Source: a virus
Length of the DNA stretch: 54,604 bases
Virus genome (UHGV): UHGV-0184235
Reading direction: 5' to 3' (one strand)
This document shows positions 37,363-46,808 of this stretch, piece after piece (position 1 is the first letter of the stretch; each line of letters starts with the position of its first letter). A program made the position numbers and the translations under genes. The notes beneath the pieces are model-generated. The model worked only from the letters and a program-made list of their open reading frames with translations. It searched no databases and was not told the DNA's origin.

Positions 37363-38752
37363 TACCGCCTCCGATCAACGTTGGCTCCTGATTGCGGATT
37401 GTGTCGATCACATCTTCAACACTGTCTGCGGGGTCAATGATGTCCAGTTTCTGCAACGCACGTACCATATCGGAATCACGAATCGCGCCGTACTGCCATG
37501 CCGCAACAATAGCCGTTACGATCCCTGACTCAGCCACTCTGGCGATAAATTCCTGACTGATAACGAATGTCGGTGTTTCATTTTTCACACCAAGATAGCG
37601 CGCGCACCACGCGAGAACGCGACCATAGGCTTCGGTGACGTTCGCTGCGCAGATACCCAGAACAGAAGTCGATGACGTCTGTTCTCCGGTAGCCTGCGTG
37701 GCTGTTTTGACAGCAGAATTCTGCTCAATTAACCGGGCTCCGAGCTGCACCATATAATCACGCTTGCTGTCCATTGCCTCTTTAGCGAGGGTATTAGGTT
37801 GCGCCTGTGCGTAGGTGAAACTTCCGTCTTTCGGAAGTAAGAATGGCGTTCTGGAACCAACTTTAATGCCAGCCTTTTGCAACCAGTCTCGCCAGTTTGT
37901 ATCAAGACCAGTAATAACTGGCTGCACCTGACCGCAGAAAAACACACTGTCCTCATAGTCAGCGGAATTCCGGTAATGACCCAGATTGATTTCTGTCAGC
38001 GCTGCAAGTGGGGATTCATCAATTGTCGGATCGTTATTTTGCGCACCAACAAAGGTGAACGGGATTTCATCCCAGTAGTTTTCTCCTTTGGGCTTAGGCC
38101 AGTACTCGGTGCTGACTTCATATGCCCCAGATTGCGTATCACCCGACCTACGCCAGACCCGGCAAACGAATTTTCCCTCCTTCAGCGCCAGTTCACGATA
38201 CTGGATGCGTTCCTGAAATCCGTAACCGTCAGGCTCTTCAATGCATTCGCGCAGCACCACCAGCACTAGCTGATCGCGTCCGTTAATCCTTTCCGTGCGC
38301 CAGTTGATGATGTTCTCTGCCAGATAGCGGAGAATAATGGCTTCATCACTGGCGCTGGCGTAATCAACGTAAAGCCCGTCACGGGCCGCCTCAAGGACAT
38401 TTTCAAGCACCTGCTGCGCCTGCTGGTAGATACTTGTCCCGGCACCATCAGCATTGTTCTGAACGTAGGTGAGCTTTTCCGGTGCGGTCAGAGTCGGGTC
38501 TTTGCGAAAGGCAAGGCCCATCAGGCCGATTTTCGTATTTCCCGTTACCGCATAGAACACTGCTCTTTCAATGTACGCCTCGTTGCGTTTTTTGTTCCGT
38601 GATGATTTATCGGAGGGATCGAGATACGGGAGATACGCGTTCCCGTCAGCCTTAACGGCGTCCGCCCCCTTACAAACATCGCGAATTTTTTTCCACACGG
38701 GCAACGCCGCCCTGACCTCAGGGCGAACAAATGTAATGTCGTTATTAGCCAT
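37349..38752 (-). CDS. portal protein
   Basis: Position after TerL. The start is taken at MANNDITF, coupled to the TerL stop. Confidence 0.7.
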   Translation of the reverse strand: MANNDITFVRPEVRAALPVWKKIRDVCKGADAVKADGNAYLPYLDPSDKSSRNKKRNEAYIERAVFYAVTGNTKIGLMGLAFRKDPTLTAPEKLTYVQNNADGAGTSIYQQAQQVLENVLEAARDGLYVDYASASDEAIILRYLAENIINWRTERINGRDQLVLVVLRECIEEPDGYGFQERIQYRELALKEGKFVCRVWRRSGDTQSGAYEVSTEYWPKPKGENYWDEIPFTFVGAQNNDPTIDESPLAALTEINLGHYRNSADYEDSVFFCGQVQPVITGLDTNWRDWLQKAGIKVGSRTPFLLPKDGSFTYAQAQPNTLAKEAMDSKRDYMVQLGARLIEQNSAVKTATQATGEQTSSTSVLGICAANVTEAYGRVLAWCARYLGVKNETPTFVISQEFIARVAESGIVTAIVAAWQYGAIRDSDMVRALQKLDIIDPADSVEDVIDTIRNQEPTLIGGGNGDG

Positions 38753-38753
38753 A

Positions 38754-40082
38754 TCAGAATGTCGTATCGAGGGTGATGTCGAACGCTGTAGCGTTAACAG
38801 GGAACAGGAACACGATTGGATAACCACCGCCATCATTGCCGTGGTCAAAGCCGCCTTTCTTATCAGGCTCGCCTTTATCGTTATAAACCTGTCGCTCAAG
38901 GCATTGAGTGAATTTCGGGCAGGTTACCGTGTTAACCATCATCCTGCGCTCACCGTAGGTATTGCACAACATAGAGTTAACCGCATTTATCCTGTCCCTT
39001 ACTGCCGGGTTGCTGTCGTTAACCAGCACAGAGAATCCGGCATCATAGAGAAGTGAAATATCGGACTCACTGGCGTTGCTGGACTTCCGGTTTTTCCCCG
39101 AAGCATCAGGGTAAATACTGATTGTGTGTTTCCCTTCTGCATATCGCGTCTTAATCGCTTCAATCATTGCTGGAGTATCGAAAATATCCATAAACTCATC
39201 TACAGCGCGGGGAAGGCCATCACGCAGCACGTATACCACTGCCGCCATTTTCCCCACGTTAAAGTCCATGCCAATATGAAGCGCTTCACCAGGTTTAACG
39301 ATCTCATCAGTATGATTTTTACGGCGATCAAAGCAGTAATAGACAACGCCCTGATAGTTTTCGAACGAGGCTTCATATTCCTGCCTGAACGTTCTGGGAT
39401 CCATTCGCCGGCGAGCTGCTGCCAGCTCTTCAGGCGGGACATTTCCGCCGTCCACAGAAGTATAAAGCCAGCTTTTATGATCAGGTTCTCGGTTGTCCTG
39501 CCCGGCAAGCCATGAGTCATAACAATGGTTGAATCCCTTGGGTGTGCCAATTCGAAGAGCATGCCCGCCTATATACTGCACACCGTTTACGATATACCGA
39601 CATGTCGACAGCATCGGGCGCAATACTTCCTCCCACGCTGCATAGGGGCAATCCGCCCATTCATCCACCAACACGAAAAACAAGCCGGAACCACGCAAAT
39701 CATCGTAGTTATTCAACCCGACGCATCGCATTATGTGGCCGCTTTTGAGTGTGATCGATAATTCGGTCTCGTTCGGCTTCGATGCCCGCCAGTGTGGAGG
39801 TATTGATTGTTTCAGCCTCCGCCAAAAAACACGCTTTGCCTGTTTTTGGGTTGGCGCGCAGTACCAGATTTCATCCTCTACACTGACTTTCCATTTCTGC
39901 GCCAGTCTGGCGGCTCTGCGCATCTCCGCTTTGCCCAGGAATGTTTTACCAAATCGGCGACCACATACAGCATCCCTGAAACGCGCTGAACGCTGCCAGC
40001 CCCAGACGTAAATATTTGCCTGTTTCGGTGTCAGGCTGACGGCATCGCTATTAGAGGATTGGATCATCTGGAGATTCCTCAT
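38754..40082 (-). CDS. terminase large subunit
   Basis: N-terminal ATPase with a Walker A-like GRRFGKT, and a C-terminal nuclease region. Confidence 0.85.
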   Translation of the reverse strand: MRNLQMIQSSNSDAVSLTPKQANIYVWGWQRSARFRDAVCGRRFGKTFLGKAEMRRAARLAQKWKVSVEDEIWYCAPTQKQAKRVFWRRLKQSIPPHWRASKPNETELSITLKSGHIMRCVGLNNYDDLRGSGLFFVLVDEWADCPYAAWEEVLRPMLSTCRYIVNGVQYIGGHALRIGTPKGFNHCYDSWLAGQDNREPDHKSWLYTSVDGGNVPPEELAAARRRMDPRTFRQEYEASFENYQGVVYYCFDRRKNHTDEIVKPGEALHIGMDFNVGKMAAVVYVLRDGLPRAVDEFMDIFDTPAMIEAIKTRYAEGKHTISIYPDASGKNRKSSNASESDISLLYDAGFSVLVNDSNPAVRDRINAVNSMLCNTYGERRMMVNTVTCPKFTQCLERQVYNDKGEPDKKGGFDHGNDGGGYPIVFLFPVNATAFDITLDTTF

Positions 40083-41046
40083 CGGGAGTTATTGGCTGAA
40101 GTTGATAATCCTCTTCAAATCCCGTCGGGTTTTTACCCAAAGCTATCTCCCTTCGAAGTTGGTCAACCTCCAATTGTCGTCGTTCAATTTCCAATTGTTG
40201 AAGTCGCTGCGCAAATTCACTGTCCGCCAGGCCGAGGCGCTTCATTACGGCTTCAAACATCCGTTCGCGGCTTATCGCGGTAATTTCAACGCCGTGCTTG
40301 CCGAGCTTAACGCCGGAATATGCCAGCGCTGCCGTAGTGGGCAACTTGCGGGTATCAGCAAAAAATGGCTGGCCTATTCCATCGCCATTGCAGCGTGGAC
40401 ATTCCGGGTTTGGTTCCTGCGTATGGTCATATCCATATCCGCCCACGTCCTCAGGCTCGCGACGTTTGCGTTCAACCGCTTCGATTCGCTTTTCTTCATA
40501 CTCAACAGCATCCCGCCACTGGTACTGATGACCGAAGCCCCAGCAATAACGACAGCATCCACGACGATATTGCGAAAGCTGGTTTGCGTCGAAAGTGGCG
40601 AGTTGCCACATCTGCGCAAGCACCTCGTCTGCACTGCCGAGTGTGCGCATTAACGATTCTTTCTGCTGCTGCGCAATCGCCTGGGCAATTGAAGTTTTCT
40701 GAAGCAGTTGATAACCAATTTGTTCAGCGGTCTTCTTGCTGTACCCGGCGCGAATGGCGGACTGCGTGGCATTGTTGTCCTTCAGGTACTCTGCGACAAA
40801 TAAACGCTGCTGAGCAGTAAGGCCGTCATCATCCACCAGCTCTTTTGCGCACTTTTCCTTTTGCGCAGTGCGCAATTTCTTCTGCGCAGGTTTTTGCGCA
40901 TTTTGCGCAGGTGCCTTTTTGATATATCGACGGGCGGTAGCGTAGTTCAGTCCCTGCGCTTCACACCAATCCTTCGGTGATACGCCGGTTGCGGCATGAT
41001 CGGACAGGAACCGTTGCTGAAGCTCGCCCCAGTCCGGTTTTGCCAT
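40051..41046 (-). CDS. terminase small subunit (Terminase_2 family plus an N-terminal HTH)
   Basis: LFVAEYLKDNNATQSAIRAGYSKKTAEQIGYQLL signature. Confidence 0.75.
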   Translation of the reverse strand: MAKPDWGELQQRFLSDHAATGVSPKDWCEAQGLNYATARRYIKKAPAQNAQKPAQKKLRTAQKEKCAKELVDDDGLTAQQRLFVAEYLKDNNATQSAIRAGYSKKTAEQIGYQLLQKTSIAQAIAQQQKESLMRTLGSADEVLAQMWQLATFDANQLSQYRRGCCRYCWGFGHQYQWRDAVEYEEKRIEAVERKRREPEDVGGYGYDHTQEPNPECPRCNGDGIGQPFFADTRKLPTTAALAYSGVKLGKHGVEITAISRERMFEAVMKRLGLADSEFAQRLQQLEIERRQLEVDQLRREIALGKNPTGFEEDYQLQPITPDEESPDDPIL

Positions 41047-41422
41047 GAGTTAATCCTGTTTGAAGAAAAGGTAAGTAACCAGATTCGCCCGCCACGGCTC
41101 CGGCTGGCCGCTATGAAGGTAAAAGCTCGCGTTACCATCGCGAGGAAAACCCGGCGTGACCCGTTTTTGAATAACCGCGCCCACTCGCGCAGGGAGAATC
41201 CTCCTCAGGGAGGCTGCGGTCATAGTTCGGGCGTGGAGACTGCGACGAATCGGCGCTATGGGCATTCTTGTCGCAGCGGTCGCCACCATCTCACGATGTT
41301 GCTATGCCACTTCCGTCTGTTCCGGCTGCCAAGATGTGGATCACCTCACTGGTTGATGCCAATCTATGCTTCTTGTCGGGTAAGCATTATCGAAGCCCCT
41401 CAGTGAAGAGCTTCTGTAATAC

Positions 41423-41986
41423 TTAATGCGTGGTCACCAGATTGTTATTCGACTCTCTCACCGAGTCGTAAATACGCTCACACGTCATTCCTGCTGTGTA
41501 GCGTTCGTCAGCGATTCCAGCATAACGTTTAGCTTCTGCTGCAATATCTCCGAGCATGTCGGCGAGCATTCCGGCATCGGCTCCGGCTGTTTTGCTTCTG
41601 ACGGCAGCGGCAAGATCTGCGGTGTGCTTTGCGGCGTCCAGGCGGGCGGCAAGCTTTGTTGCTTCGGTGCGCAACTGGTTAACAGTGGCAGACAAGCCAG
41701 CAGCAGTGGCAGCAGCTTTTGCCGCTTGTTGTTGTGCATCTTTCACAGCCTCTTCACGGGCAACGGCTCGCCCTTGCTCAATCATGCGGGCGGCGGTCTG
41801 CGCGTTCGCGGTCTGTGACGACTCCGCGCTGTCGCGCTCTGCCCACTTCTTTTCCCAGCCCCGATTGCTCCAGACATTTCCGGTGATAAACGCGCCAGCC
41901 ACCAGAAGTAAAACGACAACGGGTTTCCACCAGGCTTTTATGCCAGCAATTAACGGCACCGGGTTCACTGGTCTATCCCCCAGCAT
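41423..41986 (-). CDS. i-spanin (Rz-like)
   Basis: N-terminal TM helix and a periplasmic Ala/Gln-rich coiled coil. It lies downstream of the endolysin. Confidence 0.7.
   Translation of the reverse strand: MLGDRPVNPVPLIAGIKAWWKPVVVLLLVAGAFITGNVWSNRGWEKKWAERDSAESSQTANAQTAARMIEQGRAVAREEAVKDAQQQAAKAAATAAGLSATVNQLRTEATKLAARLDAAKHTADLAAAVRSKTAGADAGMLADMLGDIAAEAKRYAGIADERYTAGMTCERIYDSVRESNNNLVTTH
41485..41739 (-). CDS. o-spanin (Rz1-like lipoprotein) embedded in the +1 frame of Rz
   Basis: Lipobox LLTSC after a signal peptide, with a Pro-rich mature part. Its reading frame differs from that of Rz. Confidence 0.6.
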   Translation of the reverse strand: MHNNKRQKLLPLLLACLPLLTSCAPKQQSLPPAWTPQSTPQILPLPSEAKQPEPMPECSPTCSEILQQKLNVMLESLTNATQQE

Positions 41987-42495
41987 GCCAGCGCGCTTTC
42001 CTGGTCGCGACGGGAAACCTGCCCAAAGCAGTTATTGGAACGGATACGGCAATCTTTTCCGCCGTCGAATATCCAGCGTCTAATTTCAGCACAGGCCCCT
42101 TTGCGGTCTCCTGCATTCAGCTTACGAAAAAATCCAGATGGCAGGCATTTACCAGAGCCGATGTTGTACGGGCAGAACGACGCGATCCCCGCTTTCTGTG
42201 GCTCTGTCAGCGGCACTTTGATGTTTCGGTTTACCCACGCCAGCGCCTTATTGCGCTCGATGGCATTAACCTGGTCGCATTTCTGCTGTGTCAGCTTCAT
42301 ACCCTGCACCACCGGTTTACCATCAACCATTGTGGCGCCACGGCAAATCGTCCAGATCCCGCCACCATCTTTGTACGCTGTCAGACTGTTACCCTCTTTC
42401 TCATTCAGGAACTGATCGAGAATAACCGACGCTGGCGCACCGGCGAGAACCAGTGCCAGAACGGCGGCACTAAGTTTTGCTCTCCACCCCATCAT
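41965..42495 (-). CDS. SAR endolysin (T4-lysozyme-like GH24 with a signal-anchor-release N-terminus)
   Basis: N-terminal [19 protein letters not shown] hydrophobic segment followed by E...D...T catalytic spacing ([20 protein letters not shown]). Confidence 0.8.
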   Translation of the reverse strand: MMGWRAKLSAAVLALVLAGAPASVILDQFLNEKEGNSLTAYKDGGGIWTICRGATMVDGKPVVQGMKLTQQKCDQVNAIERNKALAWVNRNIKVPLTEPQKAGIASFCPYNIGSGKCLPSGFFRKLNAGDRKGACAEIRRWIFDGGKDCRIRSNNCFGQVSRRDQESALACWGIDQ

Positions 42496-42797
42496 TCACC
42501 AGCCTTAGTAAGCGCGTCGGCAACAACACTTACAGCCGCCGGGCGTTCAGCAATGGGTTTATCACTGATGCCATCCAGGTAATCGCGGATCATGGCTGTG
42601 CGCTTCTCGTCTTCTTTACGTTTACGACGGGCATCAATTCGGCCATTTACGTAAGAGATCAGAGAAATAAGCAGGCCGACAGCACCAAAGAACATGTAGA
42701 CCATATCCTGTGTGGTAAAACCCAATGCTGCCGCGAGGGTTCCAACCCACGCGAAAAACTGCGTGAAAATATTCCCTGAGTGATCGTTCATTCTCAT
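42492..42797 (-). CDS. holin with an M-R-M dual start
   Basis: Three TM helices. Starts at codons 1 and 3 mirror lambda S107/S105. Confidence 0.7.
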   Translation of the reverse strand: MRMNDHSGNIFTQFFAWVGTLAAALGFTTQDMVYMFFGAVGLLISLISYVNGRIDARRKRKEDEKRTAMIRDYLDGISDKPIAERPAAVSVVADALTKAGE

Positions 42798-43273
42798 GGT
42801 CTCTTACCTCGCGTTTTTCGGAGGCTGTGTGTAAGGGAAAGGCCGCCCGGTGGATTAACGACAAAACACAGAGGAATCGTTCCGAACGGCACAAATAAAA
42901 AACCCGCCAGAAGCGGGAATAGAAGATAAGCGCACGGCTTTAATCGCCCACAATGCGCGGGCTAATTGTCCCAAGGTAGAGGGATTTGATTGTGACACCA
43001 GGGCGCTACCCCTGCTTACTTCCTGCCGCTCTGTTTTGGTATTGGCCGCCAGTAACTGCGGCTCAGTCGATTTACAGGTCTTTGCGTCGACCGGCGCTGC
43101 AACTCGCCTGAGTACGTCACAACGGAAAAAGCATTGGCACGTTTATATTCCCTCCCTGTTGGCTAACACCAATGGGTCCGACGTCAACGTGCAATGCTTT
43201 TTCCTGTTGTGTGCTCCGTTTCGTGGAGCTGACGCCATCGGAATCACACCGACAGAATCTTCACAGGGATATG

Positions 43274-43349
43274 TGGTGCTGATTGACGGAATCGAACCGC
43301 CGACATCCTGCTTACAAGGTAGTTGCTCTACCTACTGAGCTAAATCAGC
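43274..43349 (-). tRNA. tRNA-Thr(UGU)-like gene with a poorly paired anticodon stem
   Basis: 76 nt with encoded CCA, a good acceptor, D arm and T arm (GGCGG-TTCGATT-CCGTC), and anticodon loop CTTGTAA. It is very similar to my recollection of E. coli thrU, but only 3 of 5 anticodon-stem pairs form. Confidence 0.45.
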
Positions 43350-43350
43350 C

Positions 43351-43380
43351 AATAAAAAAGCCCCGGCAATCACCGAGGCT
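43351..43380 (-). terminator. intrinsic terminator immediately upstream of the tRNA-like gene
   Basis: GCCUCGG-UGAUUG-CCGGGGC followed by UUUUUUAUU. Confidence 0.4.
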
Positions 43381-43530
43381 TACATTGTTGCCGGTTACCG
43401 CTCCGGCGCGATCAGCAAAAGCTATCGCGGTATCAGATTGTGGTCCTGCCTATGTGAGCTTTTGCGGACGGCTGGAACATGTAGGCTCCGCAACACTCCC
43501 CGCACTTTGTCTTATTGGCGTCGGGAATCC

Positions 43531-43565
43531 ATAAAAGAAAACCCCGCCGAGGCGAGGTTTTTTTT
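43531..43565 (-). terminator. tR'-like terminator downstream of Q
   Basis: CCUCGC-CUCG-GCGGGG followed by UUUUCUUUU. Confidence 0.5.
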
Positions 43566-43608
43566 AATTCTTGTAACGTCACAGGCGTAATAACCCATCG
43601 TTGGAATC

Positions 43609-43637
43609 AGGTTAGCCATTTTCCGTTAATTTTGCAA
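43609..43637 (-). promoter_or_regulatory. candidate late promoter pR' (TTGCAA-17-TAACCT)
   Basis: It lies between the Q stop and the tR'-like terminator. The match to consensus is weak. Confidence 0.25.
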
Positions 43638-43654
43638 TAGCTAAATTATGCTGG

Positions 43655-44452
43655 TCATCGGGTCACGTTTCCCAGAACCTTTTCTGCATATGATTCCTCA
43701 ATATGGCAATGCTCCACCAGCCGATCGAAAAACTGTTTATAGTTGTACCGCCATACCATTTCCGTTATCCCCAGCGCTTTAAAAATCTCGGTATCTTTCA
43801 GGCGTGGGTAACCTCTTCCCTTGCATCTCGGGCATTTTTTATAAACCGGCACGCCCTGCAACTCTGATTTTTTCTTATCGAGAATTTCTCCGCGCCCCCG
43901 GCAACGGCATTCGTTTTTCACATGGCCTTTACCATCACATGTTTTACACACGACGCGCACTTGCTCACGTACTGATTTCCACACCTCCCAGTCAGAAGGA
44001 GAAATGCCTTTCGTATCTTTTACCCATTTTGGTGGCTTACCATCCGGGTAAGTAACCTTGTTCGTGAAAACCTCAGCATCAATAAATTTTGCGCCATGAC
44101 AGCTACCGCACGCCACCAGGCTTGCAGCACTGAGGGAATAATCGCGGAAAACATACCGAGCCAGAATACCGAGAAATTTTGAGCGTTCACTTTCTTCCAT
44201 TTTCCGCAGCGATCCGTGCCGTTCTGCGCGCTGTTCTGCCAGTTTCTTGATGTAGGCAATAATATTGTCTGAAGATAAAACCCCGGCTTTTGCCAGATAC
44301 AATTCAATACCCACCGCTGCTTTTGCGGAAAGTAGCCCGAGGGATGCCATTACGTCAGTAATAGTCAACGTATCTGCTGAAATACCGCATGGAACAGCGC
44401 CGGGCATCATGGATTTAGGCGAAAAATATTTTGGTAAGGACTCAAGCTTCAT
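43655..44452 (-). CDS. late antiterminator Q (phage-21/82-type Q with a zinc finger)
   Basis: CKTCDGKGHVKNECRCRGRGE...CPRCKGRGY cysteine clusters. The start is taken at MKLESLPKY. Confidence 0.75.
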   Translation of the reverse strand: MKLESLPKYFSPKSMMPGAVPCGISADTLTITDVMASLGLLSAKAAVGIELYLAKAGVLSSDNIIAYIKKLAEQRAERHGSLRKMEESERSKFLGILARYVFRDYSLSAASLVACGSCHGAKFIDAEVFTNKVTYPDGKPPKWVKDTKGISPSDWEVWKSVREQVRVVCKTCDGKGHVKNECRCRGRGEILDKKKSELQGVPVYKKCPRCKGRGYPRLKDTEIFKALGITEMVWRYNYKQFFDRLVEHCHIEESYAEKVLGNVTR

Positions 44453-44584
44453 TTTGATGCTCCCGTTTTGCTTCAATGCGGATGTAATTGCGAAGGATGC
44501 GGTATGCCACCAGCACCGATCCCCGATACCGGAAAAGGTTAAGGCGCTGCCAGCGCTGGCGAAGAGACTCAATAACCTCGGGTT

Positions 44585-44941
44585 TCATGTGGCATCCTCG
44601 ATAATGATCCGCCCTCTCTCGCCCCAGATTTTTGTTACCCGGCCATCCCAGACATGGCTATCCTCGTCAAACACTGCATCCAGCAGCGCCTTTTCCAGGT
44701 TGTCTTTGTCTGGCTTCTGCTGATGTGGCTGCCCGGCGTGTTGGGCTCGCTTCTTCTTGCTCCAGCTTTGGGGCATGGGGATAACGAATGTGATGTGATA
44801 ACCGGATTCCGGTAACTCGATGCCCAGCAGACGAACCTGCGCTTTGTATGACCAGTACGCCGCTGTCGCTGGCCGTTTGTGCCATCTGTCGCGCTGAGTC
44901 ATTCTGGGCTTGCCGATCGGCGTGATGTCGTAGACTGTCAT
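44585..44941 (-). CDS. rusA: RusA Holliday junction resolvase
   Basis: The DKDNLEKALLDAV motif matches the RusA DLDNLQKAAFDAL motif. Confidence 0.8.
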   Translation of the reverse strand: MTVYDITPIGKPRMTQRDRWHKRPATAAYWSYKAQVRLLGIELPESGYHITFVIPMPQSWSKKKRAQHAGQPHQQKPDKDNLEKALLDAVFDEDSHVWDGRVTKIWGERGRIIIEDAT

Positions 44942-45228
44942 GATTTAATGAGCCCCTCTTTCAGCCAGATAACCTGCGTTCGGGCCATACCTTCCAGCGC
45001 ACACTCCTTTGCATATTCAGCATCAACCTGGTGAGTACGGCGGTCGATCTCGTCATGGCATGATGAGCATGCGATAGTCGCGATAAGGTCTGGCGGTTTG
45101 ATGCCGGTGCCACATAACCCGGCGATACGGATATGGGCCAGAACAGATGTCTCAGGGTTGCCGTTGCATACCCCCGGAATACGCACCTGGCATTCCCGGC
45201 CACGCGCAGCTTTTCGAAGATTAGCCAT
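44938..45228 (-). CDS. YbcO-like (DUF1364) Cys-rich putative nuclease
   Basis: MANLRKAARGRECQVRIPGVCNGNPETSVLAHIR... matches my memory of DLP12 YbcO. Confidence 0.55.
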   Translation of the reverse strand: MANLRKAARGRECQVRIPGVCNGNPETSVLAHIRIAGLCGTGIKPPDLIATIACSSCHDEIDRRTHQVDAEYAKECALEGMARTQVIWLKEGLIKS

Positions 45229-45230
45229 GC

Positions 45231-45437
45231 TCACCCCCAGCCTTTTTGTCGGAAGGTTCTCGGCGTCCGCGCCGGACGTTCGCACTCTTGTAATTTCGCG
45301 CTGACCGTCCAGGTAAGGAAATCAGGGTTGAGGCTTTTTTCGGTCCTGATACCGCGAGCCCGATAATCGGCAATCAGGCGCTCTGCCTGCTCGGTGGTGC
45401 ATTCCGTATGGTGAAAATATGAATACTTCATCGCCAT
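45231..45437 (-). CDS. small hypothetical nin-region protein (68 aa)
   Basis: The start is coupled to the upstream stop. Confidence 0.4.
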   Translation of the reverse strand: MAMKYSYFHHTECTTEQAERLIADYRARGIRTEKSLNPDFLTWTVSAKLQECERPARTPRTFRQKGWG

Positions 45438-46036
45438 CACCCCGCAAAGCTCATAAGCTGGGCGGCGGCGTTCTCGGCCTCTTCCCTGCTGTTGAAGGTA
45501 CGGGACAAGATCCAGCGCCACAGGACATCGAGCGCGGCCTTATAGAGGTGCTGGAATTCGGTTTCGTCCATACTGGCGAACGCGATGCTGCGAGGGTGTT
45601 TGCGGAGCGTGCCATCTGGTAACTGGATGGCGTCAAAGTGACCGGCCTCGACAGTTACCCAGGCGCGGTATGCATCAAAGGATTTACACAGGCTGATTCC
45701 GTTCGTGATACGGCGACTGGCGATCTGCTCCAGATACTGCTCGGCAGCATCCAGCAGAGCGCTTTCATTGCCGCCGTATGAGGCAAGGAATCTGGCATAA
45801 CCATTCACCAGTTTTCGCTCGTTAGCTGATATGGCGCCGCCCGTTGGTTCCCAGTATTCGAATCCAAGATTCAGGAGCGCAAAGAAACGGCGATGAAACG
45901 CCGGATTGCGGACAAGCTTAAAGTCGGCAACCAGAACGGAGCCGAGCTTGCATTTTGATTGCAGAAAATCACTGGTCTCCGGCGTAGCGGGGATCAGTAT
46001 TCCGGTTGACTGCTTAATGAGTTGTAATTGCGCCAT
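45437..46036 (-). CDS. hypothetical nin-region protein (199 aa)
   Basis: Clean ORF with a GGAG SD. Confidence 0.5.
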   Translation of the reverse strand: MAQLQLIKQSTGILIPATPETSDFLQSKCKLGSVLVADFKLVRNPAFHRRFFALLNLGFEYWEPTGGAISANERKLVNGYARFLASYGGNESALLDAAEQYLEQIASRRITNGISLCKSFDAYRAWVTVEAGHFDAIQLPDGTLRKHPRSIAFASMDETEFQHLYKAALDVLWRWILSRTFNSREEAENAAAQLMSFAG

Positions 46037-46073
46037 GGTTGTTCACTCCGTGGCGCAGCAGGTTAACGGCTGT

Positions 46074-46322
46074 TCAGACCGTTGATTTCATATTATCAGA
46101 AGGTGGCGTTACCCGGTAGCCGAGACGGCGAATAAATTGCATAAAGCCATTGGGAGTAAAGACTTCTTCATCATCCAGCAAAGGCCGCATGGAAACCATG
46201 CCATTTACACGATAAATAAGATGCCTGCCCGACGAAGGAAAGCTAAACACCACGCAGCCGTCAGACCGTCTTACAATGTCATACCAGTTATCTTCTGACG
46301 TTTGCAAAGCTGAATTACTCAC
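46074..46322 (-). CDS. hypothetical protein (82 aa) downstream of dinI, a candidate LexA-controlled antirepressor by position
   Basis: It is co-oriented with the dinI homologue, 117 nt downstream of it, with no terminator between them. Confidence 0.4.
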   Translation of the reverse strand: MSNSALQTSEDNWYDIVRRSDGCVVFSFPSSGRHLIYRVNGMVSMRPLLDDEEVFTPNGFMQFIRRLGYRVTPPSDNMKSTV

Positions 46323-46439
46323 ATTCTGTTCTCCCTTCGAGCGACATACAGACGCGGTTAAAAATTGTCGGCAGCAGCATCAAAGGGATACGCAAATTGC
46401 GGTATTCTGAAAAAATGCGCGCCAGCCCCAATCGCAATG

Positions 46440-46673
46440 TTAGTAAAACCAGTCGTCAGCGCTTTCCCAGGTATCCTGGAGGATCTTTTCAATTTTCTTT
46501 TTATCGTCCTTATCGCCACCGAAAACGCTCAGCCCATCTGATCCTGCGCGACGGATTGTCAGGCGGCAATTCTCATACTGATCATTTAGTCGTTTAAGTA
46601 ATTCTTTTTCCAGTGCTGGCACTGCACCATCAGGAAGTTTCTTTGTTCGATCAATAGTTAACTCAACTTTCAT
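46440..46673 (-). CDS. dinI: DinI-family protein
   Basis: MKVELTIDRTKKLPDGAVPALEKEL...ILQDTWESADDWFY aligns with E. coli DinI (MRIEVTIAKTSPLPAGAIDALAGEL...ILQETWESADDWF). GGAGG SD. Confidence 0.8.
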   Translation of the reverse strand: MKVELTIDRTKKLPDGAVPALEKELLKRLNDQYENCRLTIRRAGSDGLSVFGGDKDDKKKIEKILQDTWESADDWFY

Positions 46674-46691
46674 AGTGGCCTCCACTGCGCA

Positions 46692-46711
46692 TACTGTGTT
46701 TTTATACAGTA
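46692..46711. promoter_or_regulatory. canonical LexA (SOS) box overlapping the dinI -10
   Basis: The minus strand reads TACTGTATAAAAACACAGTA, which fits CTGT-N8-ACAG and the consensus TACTGTATATATATACAGTA. It overlaps a TATACT -10 element. Confidence 0.7.
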
Positions 46712-46808
46712 TACCTATAAAACGAAATGATCAACGTTTTAAGAGCACAAATTGTTAACCTGTAGACACTAATACACGCCTTTCAATTCCGTGATACAAA
46801 TCACTTTA

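Noticed and set aside
41050-41289. The 79-aa minus-strand ORF between Rz and TerS
   Set aside because: It has a strongly Arg/Ala-biased translation and no RBS. The region is more likely noncoding packaging DNA.
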